Positions 29,198 to 39,218 of a DNA stretch of 64,000 bases are shown here, piece by piece (the stretch's first letter is position 1; each line of letters starts with the position of its first letter). Origin of the DNA: a bacterium (lineage in GTDB: Bacteria > Vulcanimicrobiota > JABDET01). Made by a program: the position numbers and the translations under genes. The DNA lies in assembly GCA_021800275.1 (NCBI GenBank), contig JAJYZB010000003.1, forward strand, positions 680 through 64,679. Direction: 5' to 3'. Below the pieces are notes generated by a model. It saw nothing but the letters and a program-made list of their open reading frames with translations. It did not search any database and was not told the origin of the DNA.

Positions 29198-30307
29198 TCA
29201 AATTGTTACTCGTTTTCGCAAATAAACAAAAATAAGCCTGAAGACAGCAGCAGCAGGAATTCCTAACAAAAGTCCCCAAATTCCAAAAAGTTCTCCCCCA
29301 GCGAAAACAACCAGAAGAACCATTAAAGGAGAAATTCCTACATTTTCTCCTAAAACTTTAGGAGAAATCCAATAATCAACAGCCAGTCCAACTCCTGCTA
29401 AAACAGAAAAAACAGAGATTACAGCGGTCCAGCCCCCTGGCTGAAAAAAAGCTAAAATTGGAGCCAGAAGTCTTGGAATCCAGAATCCGATGAACGGAAT
29501 CGGATACATGATTCCTGCTGTTAGAGCGGCTAAAAGAGCATAATGGAAATGAATTCCAAAAAAATTCAAAAATAAGAGACCAGCATAACTAGCGGCAGCG
29601 ACGACCACAGATAGAAGGATATTGCCTCTAATAAACCCTCCAACCACACGTCCAACTTCTCGGGATAAATTTTCAGTGTCTTTTTTCCAATCGCCAGGAA
29701 AAATTTCAAAAAAGTAAGATTTAATATTCTCCAGATCTAAAAGAATATAGAGAGAAACCAGAATCGCTAATAGAAAAATAACAAGTGCGGAAAAAAGTTT
29801 AAAAATTCCACCCACCAGCCCGGCGGCAAAACTGGATAAAACAGGCATGATTTTTTTTGCCGATTTTACAGCTAAATGCCTCAACCTATATTGAACAATT
29901 GGAGAAACGTGAAGGCGCAGATACCAGATCCTGAGCTTTCCAAAAGAACTTTCTATACTTTTCCAATATCCAGGAGCAGAAGTTGTTAAAGATTGGATTT
30001 GAGAAGCAATCGCAGGAGCAATAGAAAGCACAATCAGGCAAAAAATGCCAACCGCAAATAGATAAGCCAGAAAAACTGAAATTCCCCAGGGAAGATTTCT
30101 TTTAAAAAAGGGAACCTTTTTTTGCGACAACCAGTAAGCCGTTGGAGCTAAAAGATAAGCTATTAAACCTGCCAGAGAAAAAATCAAAAGAGTATCCACA
30201 ATACTCCAGGCGATCCAGAGTACTGTAGCAATTAAAACCACCCAGATTAAAAGTTTAACAGGATCGCGGGAAAGCTGAATCGTTCCTTTCTGATTTTCCT
30301 CTTTAAT
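29198..30307 (-). CDS. AI-2E family transporter
   Basis: Hydrophobic; IAYLLAP, GFIRG, ISPKVLGENVGISP, GIWGLLLGIP; start uncertain (GTG at 30241 or ATT at 30307). Confidence 0.85.
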   Translation of the reverse strand: MKEENQKGTIQLSRDPVKLLIWVVLIATVLWIAWSIVDTLLIFSLAGLIAYLLAPTAYWLSQKKVPFFKRNLPWGISVFLAYLFAVGIFCLIVLSIAPAIASQIQSLTTSAPGYWKSIESSFGKLRIWYLRLHVSPIVQYRLRHLAVKSAKKIMPVLSSFAAGLVGGIFKLFSALVIFLLAILVSLYILLDLENIKSYFFEIFPGDWKKDTENLSREVGRVVGGFIRGNILLSVVVAAASYAGLLFLNFFGIHFHYALLAALTAGIMYPIPFIGFWIPRLLAPILAFFQPGGWTAVISVFSVLAGVGLAVDYWISPKVLGENVGISPLMVLLVVFAGGELFGIWGLLLGIPAAAVFRLIFVYLRKRVTI

Positions 30308-30369
30308 AAGCCCCTCCCGTCACGGGTTACGATTCCTTCTGCAGCACAGCGGATGCGCCTTAATTAAAA

Positions 30370-31842
30370 TCAATAAAAGTTAGTTTTTCTGCTGGAACCC
30401 GTATAGTCCACATAAACTGCTTTCCATTCTGTAAAAAAGTCAAGCGCTTGTTTTCCCATCTCACGCCCCCCCATTCCCGAGTTTTTCATTCCACCAAAAG
30501 GGACCTGAGCTTCTCCACCAATTGTCGCGGAATTAATATGCACCATTCCCACTTCAATCTCGTCAATAAACTCAAAAACTTTTTCTGCATCTTGAGTAAA
30601 TATCGAAGCAGACAGCCCATATTCTACTCCATTTGCCAGCTTAAGAGCATCAGATAAATTTTTAGCCGATAAAACAGAAAGGACAGGTCCAAAAACCTCT
30701 TCTTTTGCTATTCTCATGTCAGAGGTTACATGAGAAAAAACGGTAGATTCAACATAAAATCCTTTCAGATGTTTAGAGTCTTTTAAGCGGTGTCCCCCAC
30801 AAACTAATTTTCCTCCTTCGTTTTTCCCTACTTCAATATACTGCAGCACTTTTTTAAGTTGATTTTCATCTACACAGGGTCCCAGACTGTCAGACATTAG
30901 TTTCGCTTTTTCTACGATTTTCTGCGTGAATTGTTCAAGCGCAGATTCTTCTACAATCACTCTACTGGTTGCTGTACACCTCTGTCCTGTTGAGCCAAAA
31001 GCCCCAAGCGCAGCGGCTGAAGCAGCCAGATCCAAATCGGCATCATTAAGAACAATGACCGCATTCTTACCTCCCATTTCCAGTTGAATAGGCTTGCCAT
31101 GCTGCCCTGCAAGTGCCTGCAGTTTTCTTCCTGTTTCAGTTGAACCAGTAAAAGAAACTGCTTTTACTTCTGGGGCTTTAACCAACGCATCTCCTATCAC
31201 AGAACCTGAGCCAGTAATGCAGTTAACAACTCCTGCAGGAAAATCTGCTTCTCGGAACGCTTCCATCAAAAGCACTGCAGTCCAAGGAGTTAGACTGGAA
31301 GGCTTTAAAACAACTGTATTCCCACAAATCAAAGAGGCAGCCATCTTCCAGATTGGAATGCTGACAGGGAAATTCCACGGAGTAATCAATGCCACAACTC
31401 CCAATGGCTCTCTACGGGTATAAATAAAATTTTTAGGCAGCTCAGATGGGATCGTCTCTCCATAGAATCTTCTCCCTTCGCCTGCAAAAAATTCTAAAGT
31501 ATTCAGGGCTTTATTGACTTCTCCCAAAGATTCTTGAAAAGATTTGCCTTCTTCCCGAGTTAAGGCTTCTGACACTTCTTCTTTCCTTTTCTCCAAAATC
31601 TGCATAACCTTCACCAGCAGTTTTCCTCGGTTAGGAGCTGGGAGTCTTTTCCAATCATAAAAAGCTTTTTCCGCCGATTCAACGGCATTCTTCACATCTT
31701 CAAAAGAAGATTCTTGAAAATAACCAAGTATTTCTTCAGCGTTGGCAGGATTGATGTTGGGTTTTATTTTCCCACTGGTAGATGGAACCCATTTTCCTCC
31801 AATGAAATTCCCCCACGTTTTCAATTCAAGCTTAACAGACAT
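30370..31842 (-). CDS. Aldehyde dehydrogenase family protein
   Basis: ITPWNFP, FTGSTETG, LEMGGKN, GQRCTA, EEVFGP, PFGGMKNSG. Confidence 0.95.
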   Translation of the reverse strand: MSVKLELKTWGNFIGGKWVPSTSGKIKPNINPANAEEILGYFQESSFEDVKNAVESAEKAFYDWKRLPAPNRGKLLVKVMQILEKRKEEVSEALTREEGKSFQESLGEVNKALNTLEFFAGEGRRFYGETIPSELPKNFIYTRREPLGVVALITPWNFPVSIPIWKMAASLICGNTVVLKPSSLTPWTAVLLMEAFREADFPAGVVNCITGSGSVIGDALVKAPEVKAVSFTGSTETGRKLQALAGQHGKPIQLEMGGKNAVIVLNDADLDLAASAAALGAFGSTGQRCTATSRVIVEESALEQFTQKIVEKAKLMSDSLGPCVDENQLKKVLQYIEVGKNEGGKLVCGGHRLKDSKHLKGFYVESTVFSHVTSDMRIAKEEVFGPVLSVLSAKNLSDALKLANGVEYGLSASIFTQDAEKVFEFIDEIEVGMVHINSATIGGEAQVPFGGMKNSGMGGREMGKQALDFFTEWKAVYVDYTGSSRKTNFY

Positions 31843-31910
31843 AACTGTCTCCTTTTTCAAGGTGGGATTCAATCTGTCAGCTGCAAGCCACCTCAAAAAA
31901 TCTTAATAAC

Positions 31911-33212
31911 TTACACCTTTATCTCTTTTAAAACCGAGTCGAAAATTTGAACTGCCAAATCCACATCCTCTTTTGTAATTCTGAGAGGAGGGGTAATCCG
32001 AATCACATTTCCATCCAGTCCACCTTTTCCAACAAGCAGTCCTTTGTCTTTGCAGAATTCCATGAACTGTTTAGTTTCTTTAATGGCGGGCTCTTTTGTT
32101 TTTCGATCTTTGACAAATTCTAGTCCGAGCATTAAACCCATTCCACGAATGTCACCTATTAGTTGAAACTTATCTTTTAATTCAACCAGCTTGTCTTTAA
32201 AATAGGCGCCAATTTTTGCCGCATTTTCTTTCAAACCCTCTTTTTCAATCACTTCAATACTGGCTAAAGCGCCTGTAGAACAAATTGGATTGCCTCCGAA
32301 AGTATTGAAATGCTGCCCCGGTCCCAATTTTGCGGCAATTTCAGGCTTTGTAATAAAACCACCGATCGGCAGTCCATTTCCCATGCCTTTTGCCATTGTC
32401 ATAATATCAGGGGTAATTCCCCACTGCTCAATCCCAAACCATTTGTTACCTGTTCTCCCAAACCCGGTCTGCACCTCATCTGAAATGAACAACCCGCCAT
32501 ATTTTTTCACAATCACATGCACTTCTTTAAAATACTCGGGGGGAGGAGTAATCACGCCTCCATTTCCTTGAATGGGTTCAGCAATAAAAGCGGCTATTTT
32601 ACCTGGAGTAGCGGCGCGAATCACATTTTCCACATCTTTCGCGCACTCCAGACTGCAGGATGGGTAGGTTTTTCCAAAAGGACAACGATAACAGTAAGCG
32701 CTGGAAACAAACTGGACGCCGGCAACATAAGGTCCTCCAATTCTCCAATTGTACTGCCCTGTTAAACTCATGGACATCATGCTTCTGCCATGGAATGAAT
32801 TACGAAGAGCGATAAAATCTTGAGAACCAGTGGCCATTTTGGACAAAAGGGCTGCCCCTTCATTGGCTTCTGTGCCGCTGTTTGTAATAAAAGACTGTTT
32901 TAAATCACCCGGCGTAATTTCTGCCAACTTCATGGCAAGTCTTACAATGGGTTCTGTAACATACATTGTTGTGGTATGCTGCAGGGTATCAATTTGCTCT
33001 TTAAGTCTTTTTGCTATCTCAGGATGGCAGTGACCCGCATTCACAGTCACAATACCCGCAAACATGTCCAGATATTTTTTCCCCTCTGTATCCCAAACAT
33101 ACTGCATTGAACCTTTTGCAATCACGGGCGGATTTTCATAATAATGAGAAACAGAAGGCATTAAAAATTCCTTTCGTTTTTCTAAAATTTCATTTTTTTC
33201 AAGGGTTTTCAT
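31911..33212 (-). CDS. Class III aminotransferase (AGXT2/beta-alanine-pyruvate-like)
   Basis: NSGTEANE, SFHGRS, AEPIQGNGG, DEVQTGFGRTG, AKGMGNG, NTFGGNP. Confidence 0.9.
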   Translation of the reverse strand: MKTLEKNEILEKRKEFLMPSVSHYYENPPVIAKGSMQYVWDTEGKKYLDMFAGIVTVNAGHCHPEIAKRLKEQIDTLQHTTTMYVTEPIVRLAMKLAEITPGDLKQSFITNSGTEANEGAALLSKMATGSQDFIALRNSFHGRSMMSMSLTGQYNWRIGGPYVAGVQFVSSAYCYRCPFGKTYPSCSLECAKDVENVIRAATPGKIAAFIAEPIQGNGGVITPPPEYFKEVHVIVKKYGGLFISDEVQTGFGRTGNKWFGIEQWGITPDIMTMAKGMGNGLPIGGFITKPEIAAKLGPGQHFNTFGGNPICSTGALASIEVIEKEGLKENAAKIGAYFKDKLVELKDKFQLIGDIRGMGLMLGLEFVKDRKTKEPAIKETKQFMEFCKDKGLLVGKGGLDGNVIRITPPLRITKEDVDLAVQIFDSVLKEIKV

Positions 33213-33366
33213 GATTTCCTCCTTCTCGTTGGCTTTGCCGAAGACTGATAAACAATTTCAGAAACCATCTCATTAAAATCGGCTAGCACGGCGTATTATG
33301 CTCTTAAATTCTCTGGAAAAGATCTGTTTCCTGCGCCCAGCATAATGTCCGAGCGTAATCGCTTAG

Positions 33367-33393
33367 ATAATCGGCTCTGTGGGAGCCGATTAT
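33367..33393. terminator. Perfect 11-bp inverted repeat at the fliA stop (possible terminator or stabiliser)
   Basis: ATAATCGGCTC-TGTGG-GAGCCGATTAT; no strong U-tract. Confidence 0.45.
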
Positions 33394-34136
33394 GACATAA
33401 AACTTCCTTCTAACAATGTCCCAATGACTTCATCGCTTCCAACATGAAGCGCATCCCGCAGTTTTCTTATAATCCTCACATGCAGCTGTGAAACACGCTG
33501 CTTAGAAATACTCATTTCAGAAGCAATCTCTTCAAAATTTTTCCCTTCAAAATAATAAAGAGTGATCAGGGTATTTTCCCGCTCAGGAAGAGTATCAATC
33601 GCATTTTTTAAAAGTTCCCTTTCTTCTTCAAATTCAAATTCTCTCACGGGCTCTTTTACATTCTTATCTTCAATTGTATCTATTAAACTTCTTTCTTCAT
33701 TTGGATCAAGGCTGGCAGGTTGATCCAGGGAGAGCAAATATTGAGTTCCTAAATCTGCGATTAACTCATAGACTTCCTGGGCAGAAATTTGAAGTTCAGA
33801 AGCCAGCTCTTCTTTAGTCCCTTCTCTGCCGTGAGCCACATGGAACTCTTCCATGGCTTTTCGAAGATCTCTGGTTTTAGTTCTTTTACGCTCAGGCATC
33901 CAATCCATAGACCTGAGTCCATTTAAAATGGCGCCGCGAATAACAGGGGTTGCATAAGTTTCAAACTTGACCCCTCTTTCAGGATCAAACTGTTCAGCAG
34001 CTTTCATTAAACCCATAACTCCATCACCCACAAGGTCGTCAAAATCAACCTGTTTTAAATTCTTTACAATCTTTGCGGCGACCTGACGGACAAGGGTAAA
34101 ATGCTTCTCAATAAGGGTATCTCGCTGTTCTTCCAT
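33390..34136 (-). CDS. fliA: RNA polymerase sigma factor, FliA/WhiG family
   Basis: DDLVGDGVMGL, FDPERGVKFETYA, IRGAILNGLRSMDW, LYYFE, SKQRVSQLH. Confidence 0.92.
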   Translation of the reverse strand: MEEQRDTLIEKHFTLVRQVAAKIVKNLKQVDFDDLVGDGVMGLMKAAEQFDPERGVKFETYATPVIRGAILNGLRSMDWMPERKRTKTRDLRKAMEEFHVAHGREGTKEELASELQISAQEVYELIADLGTQYLLSLDQPASLDPNEERSLIDTIEDKNVKEPVREFEFEEERELLKNAIDTLPERENTLITLYYFEGKNFEEIASEMSISKQRVSQLHVRIIRKLRDALHVGSDEVIGTLLEGSFMS

Positions 34137-34217
34137 GGCTGAAAACTTGTTCTGCCCTCCAACTTGGAACCCCTCTCACAAACAGCAGAGATGGGTTTAA
34201 ATTTTTTTTAAGAAAAT

Positions 34218-34520
34218 CTATAGTTCTCCTTTCATCTGCTCATAAAGCATATGAGCCATACCTAGTCCTCCCTGCTGAGCCCATATTTTAGCTTTTTCCT
34301 GATCCAGCATGCTGTTCCACATGCTCCCACTGTTCCCCTGACCAAAAAGATGCGATTTAATTCCTGTCTGATCCATGGCTTTTAAAATTTGTTCTAAAAA
34401 AATCCCTTCAAAATCTTTACAAGCTTTCATCAATTGCTCGTCTTTTCGCTTTAAAGACTCAGAACCCGGGGATTTGACTGTATTCTTTTTAGCAGCAGCG
34501 CCAGAAATTGATTCAGTCAT
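34218..34520 (-). CDS. flgJ: FlgJ-like rod-binding protein (no muramidase domain)
   Basis: LMKACKDFEGIFLEQILKAM...MLDQE...GLGMAHMLYEQM. Confidence 0.82.
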   Translation of the reverse strand: MTESISGAAAKKNTVKSPGSESLKRKDEQLMKACKDFEGIFLEQILKAMDQTGIKSHLFGQGNSGSMWNSMLDQEKAKIWAQQGGLGMAHMLYEQMKGEL

Positions 34521-34523
34521 ACA

Positions 34524-34727
34524 TTACACTCCTTTCCCATTTTTTAAAGCGAACTGTTTTAACATGTTCATTTCTCCGAAAAGAGAATCTGTTTCAGCAG
34601 TTCCATCATAACCATCCACTTTTGAAGCGGGGTTTAAAGCTAAACTCGCGCGATTCTGAAGAAAATAAGAAATTTTCTTTGCGCTGTTAGCCGCTAAACT
34701 GCTTAAATTATTCCCATTCTCAGACAT
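34524..34727 (-). CDS. Small hypothetical protein inside the flagellar operon
   Basis: 67 aa ORF filling the flgG-flgJ gap, AAGGTG RBS. Confidence 0.55.
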   Translation of the reverse strand: MSENGNNLSSLAANSAKKISYFLQNRASLALNPASKVDGYDGTAETDSLFGEMNMLKQFALKNGKGV

Positions 34728-34740
34728 TTTTCACCTTATT

Positions 34741-35523
34741 TTACGCTGGAGTTAATTGGCTCGTAATGGAGAGCATGTTATTCGTAGCAGTCACAGCTTT
34801 GGCATTGAACTCATACGCTCTCTGAGCCATCACAATATCCATCATTTCCTGAATGATGTTCACGTTGGCTTTTTCAAGATAACCAGCTTTAACCATTCCA
34901 AAGCCATTTTCCCCTCCAGTTCCAACAATTTTTGGTCCTGAAACCGCAGTATCCATATAAACATCCCCCTGAGTCCGAAGCCCTGATGGATTTAAAAATC
35001 GAGCCAGTTGAATCTGTCCTAATTTAACTCTCTGCGTCTGATTCTTTAAATAGCCCGTAATGGTTCCATTATTTTCCACTTGAATTCCAGTCGCATCTTT
35101 AGGAATTTTAACCCCAACAAGTGGGTGTCCACCTGCTAAAAATTCCCCTTTATCATTCAGTTGAATCATGCCATCTCTCGTAAAACCTGTTTTTCCATCC
35201 GCGAGTTTAACTTCGAAAAATCCATTCCCATAAATCGCTAAATCCAATGGATTCCCTGTATGGTCATACTGCCCAGGAGTAAAAATCTTTTGAATGCTGG
35301 CAGCCCGCACTCCGGAGCCTTGTTCACTGGAAACTTGAACAGAATTTCCATAAGGGCCTACTGCTCCAGGTTCTTGAAGGGCGGTGTACATTAAATCCTG
35401 AAAATTAACCCTTCCCTTTTTGTATCCAATGGTATTTGTATTAGCCAGATTTTCAGAGATCTCATTCATATTGAGTTCTTGAGCGTACATTCCACTGGCT
35501 GCTGTATAAAGTGCTCTGAACAT
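34741..35523 (-). CDS. flgG: Flagellar basal-body distal rod protein
   Basis: MFRALYTAASGM, NLANTNTIGYK, FQDLMY, DLAIYGNGFF, FTRDG, LEKANVN. Confidence 0.93.
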   Translation of the reverse strand: MFRALYTAASGMYAQELNMNEISENLANTNTIGYKKGRVNFQDLMYTALQEPGAVGPYGNSVQVSSEQGSGVRAASIQKIFTPGQYDHTGNPLDLAIYGNGFFEVKLADGKTGFTRDGMIQLNDKGEFLAGGHPLVGVKIPKDATGIQVENNGTITGYLKNQTQRVKLGQIQLARFLNPSGLRTQGDVYMDTAVSGPKIVGTGGENGFGMVKAGYLEKANVNIIQEMMDIVMAQRAYEFNAKAVTATNNMLSITSQLTPA

Positions 35524-35548
35524 AATTTTAATCCTCCTTCTCAATAAG

Positions 35549-36322
35549 TTAGAAATTCACTTGTGAAGTTTGAATCACTTGTTTTGCCATGTTGTCTTCC
35601 CCATGCAGCATTTTTGAATCAGCTTCAAAAGTTCTTAAAACTGTCAACATGGAAACCATGTCTTTAATGGCATTGACATTGGACATTTCTAAATATCCCT
35701 GCATTACTTTTGGTTTCTTTTCCGAAGGCCATGCCATCGGATTTATGGTTTTAAACCCATTAGTTCCAACCTGTTTCAAATCATTTTCATCCACCCAGGT
35801 GATCTTCAGTTTATCCACGGGTTTCCCGCTGACTGAAACCGTTCCATCCTGATTAACTTTAAAAGTTCCCCCTTTAATCTGGATGGGACCATGCTGCCCC
35901 AGAACCAATCCCCCATCCTGGGTAGCTAAAAAACCCTGTCCATTTACAGTAAAGCTTCCATCTCTTGTGTACTGCACACCTGTCGGGGTCTCAATAGTAA
36001 AAAATCCTTTTCCATCCAGAGCTAGATCAAAAGGCTGTCTGGTATGTTTCAACTGTCCTTGAGAAAACTGGGTAACACTTTTCATTAAAAGATGAACTCT
36101 TCCACTTAACTGCCCGCCAACCGGCACAAATCCTGCCTGGACCCCTTCTCCTCCATGAGCCATTGCAGTAGCATAAGCATCGCTAAAGCTGGAAAGCTGC
36201 AGATCATCCTGGTTAAATCCAGGAGTATTGGCATTTGCCAGATTATTGGAGAGAATGTTCTGCATTGCCTTCATGGCAATCATTCCCTGGGTGGCTTCTT
36301 CCATCCCTTTATAGAAAAACAT
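35549..36322 (-). CDS. flgF: Flagellar basal-body rod protein FlgF-like
   Basis: NNLANANTPGF, DLALDGKGFF, YTRDGSF, QGYLEMSNVN. Confidence 0.88.
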   Translation of the reverse strand: MFFYKGMEEATQGMIAMKAMQNILSNNLANANTPGFNQDDLQLSSFSDAYATAMAHGGEGVQAGFVPVGGQLSGRVHLLMKSVTQFSQGQLKHTRQPFDLALDGKGFFTIETPTGVQYTRDGSFTVNGQGFLATQDGGLVLGQHGPIQIKGGTFKVNQDGTVSVSGKPVDKLKITWVDENDLKQVGTNGFKTINPMAWPSEKKPKVMQGYLEMSNVNAIKDMVSMLTVLRTFEADSKMLHGEDNMAKQVIQTSQVNF

Positions 36323-36606
36323 TATTTAACACCTCCGTTTTTTGTTTTCCATGATTCATCCAGACGATGAGCAAACCACAAAACTTCACTAACGAGATCG
36401 TATAATTCAGGCGGAATCTCAGCTTTACAGTTGAGAACAGCCATGCTGCTGACCAGAGATGGGTTTTCTTGGACAGGAATCTGATGGGCTTTTGCCAGTT
36501 CCATAATAGCTTCAGCCCTTTCTCCCTGACCTGAAGCTAAAATTTTAGGGGCTTTTTGTTCCCGAGGATCATATTGAATCGCAATGGCTGTTTTAGGCTC
36601 TTTCAT
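36322..36606 (-). CDS. Stand-alone FlhB C-terminal-like (EscU/YscU/HrcU family) protein
   Basis: AIAIQYD...APKILASG...AEAIMELAKAHQIPV...EIPPELY. Confidence 0.88.
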   Translation of the reverse strand: MKEPKTAIAIQYDPREQKAPKILASGQGERAEAIMELAKAHQIPVQENPSLVSSMAVLNCKAEIPPELYDLVSEVLWFAHRLDESWKTKNGGVK

Positions 36607-36608
36607 AA

Positions 36609-37997
36609 TTATGCGCTCACACTCACTTTTTCAAGTTCCTCCCATTCTACTTCATGGGAAGGCCAAAAATCTTTCATTTGGGTTGAAACTCGCATGTATG
36701 AAACAGAATAATTCAGCTTTTCTAGAGATTCTTTAAGCCACTTTAAATGAGACTCTGCAAATGACTTTAAATGCTCTTCAACATAAAATTTTATATTAAC
36801 CGATCTTTTCAATATTTTAACTTCGCAGCCAATCTTCCCGAGATGGGGGGTTGTCATGGAAAATTCCAGTTTTGTTCTGTCGAGGTTCACTATTTTTTTG
36901 CCTGCTTGATTCTTTTCATACTGAATTTTCAGCTGCGCTGTCCCATTTCCAGCCAGAAAATAAACCGGAATCTGAAGATAAAGGAAACTTCCATTCCGAT
37001 TATCAGCATTGATAAGATGTTCTCCATTGAAAAAAGTCCCTAACTGAACCAGAAGGTCTGAAAGCTGCTGATTTTTACCATTTTGGCCGGCTTTTGCCAG
37101 TTCCCCAGTCAACTCTTGGAGAAGAGGCTGAAGAGAAGCTGCCGATTCTTTTTCTTTAATGCCCGCAAGAGCAACCAGATTGTCTAACCGATTTTTATTT
37201 TTCTGCTTCGTTTCTTTCTGAGGCTCCAGGAGATATTCAGCCAGAATCCCTGGGAGATAAGATAAAAGCTGACTGATTCTGCCATCTGCCCCTGGCATCT
37301 GGGCAAAACTCTGGAGCTGAGAAAGATAGCTTCCCAACTCAGGTTTTGTCTGGAAAAAATTTGAAAGAGTTTGAAGGTTTTCCTGGGTCGTTGGAAGTCC
37401 TGCATTTTGCAGAAAACTGAACGCTTGCATTGAACTTTTATCAGGATTTCCTCCTAACAAGCTCAAAATCGTGAATACATTCTCTTTTGTAACCGAAAGA
37501 CCAAACTTCATCATAACGCTCACAAGGTTTGCCGTTGTATCATTCACGGGAATTTTTAAAGAATTCAGTTGGGCAATCACATCTTCAAAACTCATAGGTT
37601 GAAATGCTAAAGAACGATTCAAAGTAAGGAGTTTTAAGGTCAGCATCTGGCCATTCAGAGCCAGCAGTTCCATTTGAAGCAGATCGCCAGGATTTAAAGG
37701 AAGAGTAGATTCTGCTAAAACCGTTTGACCTGAAACATTAACCAAAAATTTACCGCCTTGAGTCTGCTGCAGAACCTGACCATTGACCTGCTGCCCAATC
37801 TGAAGAGGCTGGCCTGGAGTTCCAGATTGAACTCCCTGGGGCTGAGACATAGGAGCTGAGGCTTGAGAGGCAGCTGTTGAAACCGTATTAAAAGCGCCAA
37901 TCCAGTTCTCAGCGGCTATAAATTGATTAGCCTCTGCCAGATTTACAACCGAAGAAAGCGAATTTAAGCTGCTCATCTCCTCTATATTATAGAGCAA
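36609..37997 (-). CDS. fliK: Flagellar hook-length control protein FliK-like
   Basis: Gln/Asn/Ser-rich body; C-terminal YLQIP...TPHLGKI...LKESLEKLNY; adjacent to the FlhB-like gene. Confidence 0.7.
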   Translation of the reverse strand: MLYNIEEMSSLNSLSSVVNLAEANQFIAAENWIGAFNTVSTAASQASAPMSQPQGVQSGTPGQPLQIGQQVNGQVLQQTQGGKFLVNVSGQTVLAESTLPLNPGDLLQMELLALNGQMLTLKLLTLNRSLAFQPMSFEDVIAQLNSLKIPVNDTTANLVSVMMKFGLSVTKENVFTILSLLGGNPDKSSMQAFSFLQNAGLPTTQENLQTLSNFFQTKPELGSYLSQLQSFAQMPGADGRISQLLSYLPGILAEYLLEPQKETKQKNKNRLDNLVALAGIKEKESAASLQPLLQELTGELAKAGQNGKNQQLSDLLVQLGTFFNGEHLINADNRNGSFLYLQIPVYFLAGNGTAQLKIQYEKNQAGKKIVNLDRTKLEFSMTTPHLGKIGCEVKILKRSVNIKFYVEEHLKSFAESHLKWLKESLEKLNYSVSYMRVSTQMKDFWPSHEVEWEELEKVSVSA

Positions 37998-38209
37998 GCA
38001 GTTTAAAAGATTATAAACAGAATGTTAACAAATTGTAAACATTCGAACTTTTTTATGGAATTTTAGCGCAAGTACAGTGCTGCCATAAAACATTTTTGGA
38101 GGAAATCCGATGAGGCTCAATAAAATCATATATAATATGAGCTGCTGCATCTCACATCAAAGGCAGAGGATTAAAAATATGCGCACAAGCATTTCTTCAA
38201 TCTTTTAAC

Positions 38210-39211
38210 TTGAAAGTTCTAAACCTGCTTCCTGAAAGCATAGGTGACTTTCTATTGGTTTCTCCCAGTTTAAATTCTGTGGAACAACATTTTAAAAATG
38301 AAGAAATCATCTGGTGGATTCCTGAATCCCTTTCTGAAGTTTCTAAATTGATCTCCTCAAAAGCAGTGAAAAAATTCTTTTCCTTTGAGAAAAATGGAAC
38401 TTTCAAAAATAAAGAAATTTTTAAAAGCTTAAAATCCAGCAGTCGAACTATTGATATCACCCTATGCTTTCCCCCAGCCGTGAAATATTATCGATTAGCG
38501 CGCAAAATAGGAACCCGAATAAGAGCGGGATACAGCCATGAAGACATGCTGATTTCCAGAGTAGTCAGCAAAATTTATTTAACCCATCACTGGATCTGTC
38601 CTTCCAACTCGAAAATCCATGAACTAGAAGCTTATGGACAAATATTAACTCTCTTGAAAATCCCCTTTATCCCCTCATTTCCTGAGCTGACCCTTTCAGA
38701 GAACTCTTTCGTCTGGTCTAAAAACTGGCTTCAAAAAGCCTCTCAGTCTTCCTCACCCAAAATTATCTCTGTTCATTTAGGATCACGATGGGTTGAAAAT
38801 CCTCTTATTCATCTCCGTCAATTCTTGAAAAACCACGCTGATTTCTTCCTCCTCATTCTATTCTCCCAGCAGGAAGAGAAAAAAGCAAGGGGCTGGATCA
38901 CTGAATTCGAAAGATTTTCTGAAACTGGAATGAAAAAAATCTTGATTCCTGGAGTTATTTCTCTTGAACAGTACGCCGCTTTTTTAAAATTGAGCCAGAT
39001 GTTAATAGCAGTGGATGGAGGACCTGTTCATCTGGCTTCCGCTTTAAAAACACCTATCCTTGTTTTTTACCCTGACGATCAATTTGAATTCAGAGCTGCG
39101 AAATGGCATCCCTGGGGGACCTCTTATAAAGCTGCCCCTCTTACAAAAAAAGAGATAAACTCTCTTTCAAAAACGGTTCAAGAGTTTGCTTTCCTATCTG
39201 AAACCACCTAA
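38210..39211 (+). CDS. Glycosyltransferase family 9 (heptosyltransferase-like)
   Basis: SIGDFLL, DGGPVHLASALKTP, KWHPWG. Confidence 0.85.
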   Translation: MKVLNLLPESIGDFLLVSPSLNSVEQHFKNEEIIWWIPESLSEVSKLISSKAVKKFFSFEKNGTFKNKEIFKSLKSSSRTIDITLCFPPAVKYYRLARKIGTRIRAGYSHEDMLISRVVSKIYLTHHWICPSNSKIHELEAYGQILTLLKIPFIPSFPELTLSENSFVWSKNWLQKASQSSSPKIISVHLGSRWVENPLIHLRQFLKNHADFFLLILFSQQEEKKARGWITEFERFSETGMKKILIPGVISLEQYAAFLKLSQMLIAVDGGPVHLASALKTPILVFYPDDQFEFRAAKWHPWGTSYKAAPLTKKEINSLSKTVQEFAFLSETT

Positions 39212-39218
39212 ACTTCTC

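Noticed and set aside
38108-38155. M-box riboswitch-like words (TGAGGCTC...GCTGCTGC)
   Set aside because: The rest of the consensus is absent and the downstream gene is not metal-related
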